A DNA stretch of 64,000 nt from Callorhinchus milii (taxonomy: Eukaryota): assembly GCF_018977255.1 (NCBI RefSeq), contig NW_024704742.1, positions 112,408,001-112,472,000 on the forward strand, written 5' to 3'. A model generated the notes under the pieces. It made no database searches, had not been told where the DNA came from, and was given only the letters and a program-made list of their open reading frames with translations. Made by a program: the position numbers and the translations under genes. Below are positions 62,951 through 64,000 of this stretch, piece after piece; position 1 is the stretch's first letter; every line of letters begins with the position of its first letter.

Positions 62951-64000
62951 GTTCATTCCACTCTCTCTGTCCTTCTCTAACAATCTCTAACTTCTAACTC
63001 CTCTGCTCCTCCCTACCTTTGCAACCTACTAAAATGTTACCAAGCTACCTGCTCCTGTGGGCACTAGCCTGCTTTATGTCCCCCCCAACCCCTGCCTGCC
63101 TCACCATTGGCGGTCAAGCCTTCAGTCTTCCTGCCCCTATCCTCTGGAACTCCATCCCGGAGTCCTTCCACCTCACCCCCTCCATTGCCTCCTATGAGGC
63201 CCGTCTCAAGACCTTCCTCTTTGATCATGCTTCCAGTTATCCTCCCTTCTTCACTCCCCTGTCCCTCCATCTCTCTTGATTCTAACCCTTGACTGTCTAG
63301 CACCTTGGGACATACTCCCGACATGAGGGCACTATATAAATGCAATTTGTTGTTGTTTCTTTTTTATATTCTATCAAAGCTTTGTATTTCCAACAAATTA
63401 GTTTAATTTTCTATCTAATTTTGTGTCTTCTTGATAATTTCCAGATTGCAGCCAGGGAAGGTCAGGAGAGTACTCCAATGCAATACACTCCTCCCATTTG
63501 ACACTCTAGTAGTCTTTCAACATCTATCTCCTTTTGAAACACTTCAGTTTGCTTGTGTAGATATGAACTTTTGTGAAGGTATATTCCACATTCTTACAGT
63601 CTTTAGTGTGAAGAATGGTTTTCTCTTTTCAGTTTTAACTGATAAGTTTTAATTATAACATCATGTCTTCTTGTTGTTGATTTCTCTAAGATAGGGAAGG
63701 ATCATTCCCTCTCTACACTGTTACTTCCTTTTGACATTAAGTATCTCAATAAGATTACTTCTTAATCTCCTTAATCAAGGGAACTAAAATTTACCAAGCA
63801 GCTTATCATAACTTTGTTAAATATTGCTTAAAATGTTTTTGATTTTTTGATTATTTCACAAATGGTGGTACTTTTATGTACTAGATATATGACCATTTTA
63901 TAAGTATGACTTTAAGTCAAATTATCCACATACTGGTAGGCAAGTCAATGACTCAATTTTAAGATCATTACTAGACGGTAAAAGGAGAGACTAGAATAAT

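Noticed and set aside
1..64000. CRISPR array, operon or prokaryotic defence system
   Set aside because: The sequence is a spliced vertebrate gene; the recurring palindromic GACGTC motifs are dispersed retroposon tails, not regularly spaced repeats.

Overview
Eukaryotic (vertebrate) genomic DNA; the repeat content (CR1 with (ATTCTATG)n tails, abundant L2, DeuSINE/SacSINE-like SINEs) suggests a cartilaginous fish (inference). The window holds the 5' two-thirds of RASA1 (p120 RasGAP) on the minus strand. Fourteen coding exons were read by hand: N-terminal Ala/Pro-rich region, SH2, SH3, SH2, PH and the start of C2. All introns are GT-AG with consistent phases. Intron 1 is about 27 kb, there is a CpG-island promoter at about 54.3-55.6 kb, and the gene runs off the left edge. 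Exon 1 as assembled has a 1-nt frameshift in a GCC/CCG repeat. The rest is dense with nested L2 and CR1 LINEs, several SINE families, a probable non-autonomous Helitron and two unclassified repeats. I did not find a convincing new gene system. The most interesting signals are a SINE/L2 pair with a covarying 3' stem-loop, an unclassified A-tailed retroposon with TSDs, a strongly AT-to-GC-shifted SINE in the promoter island, and two fold-back junctions. Comparisons to human RASA1 and to named repeat consensi are from memory, not from a search; repeat boundaries are approximate unless a TSD is given.
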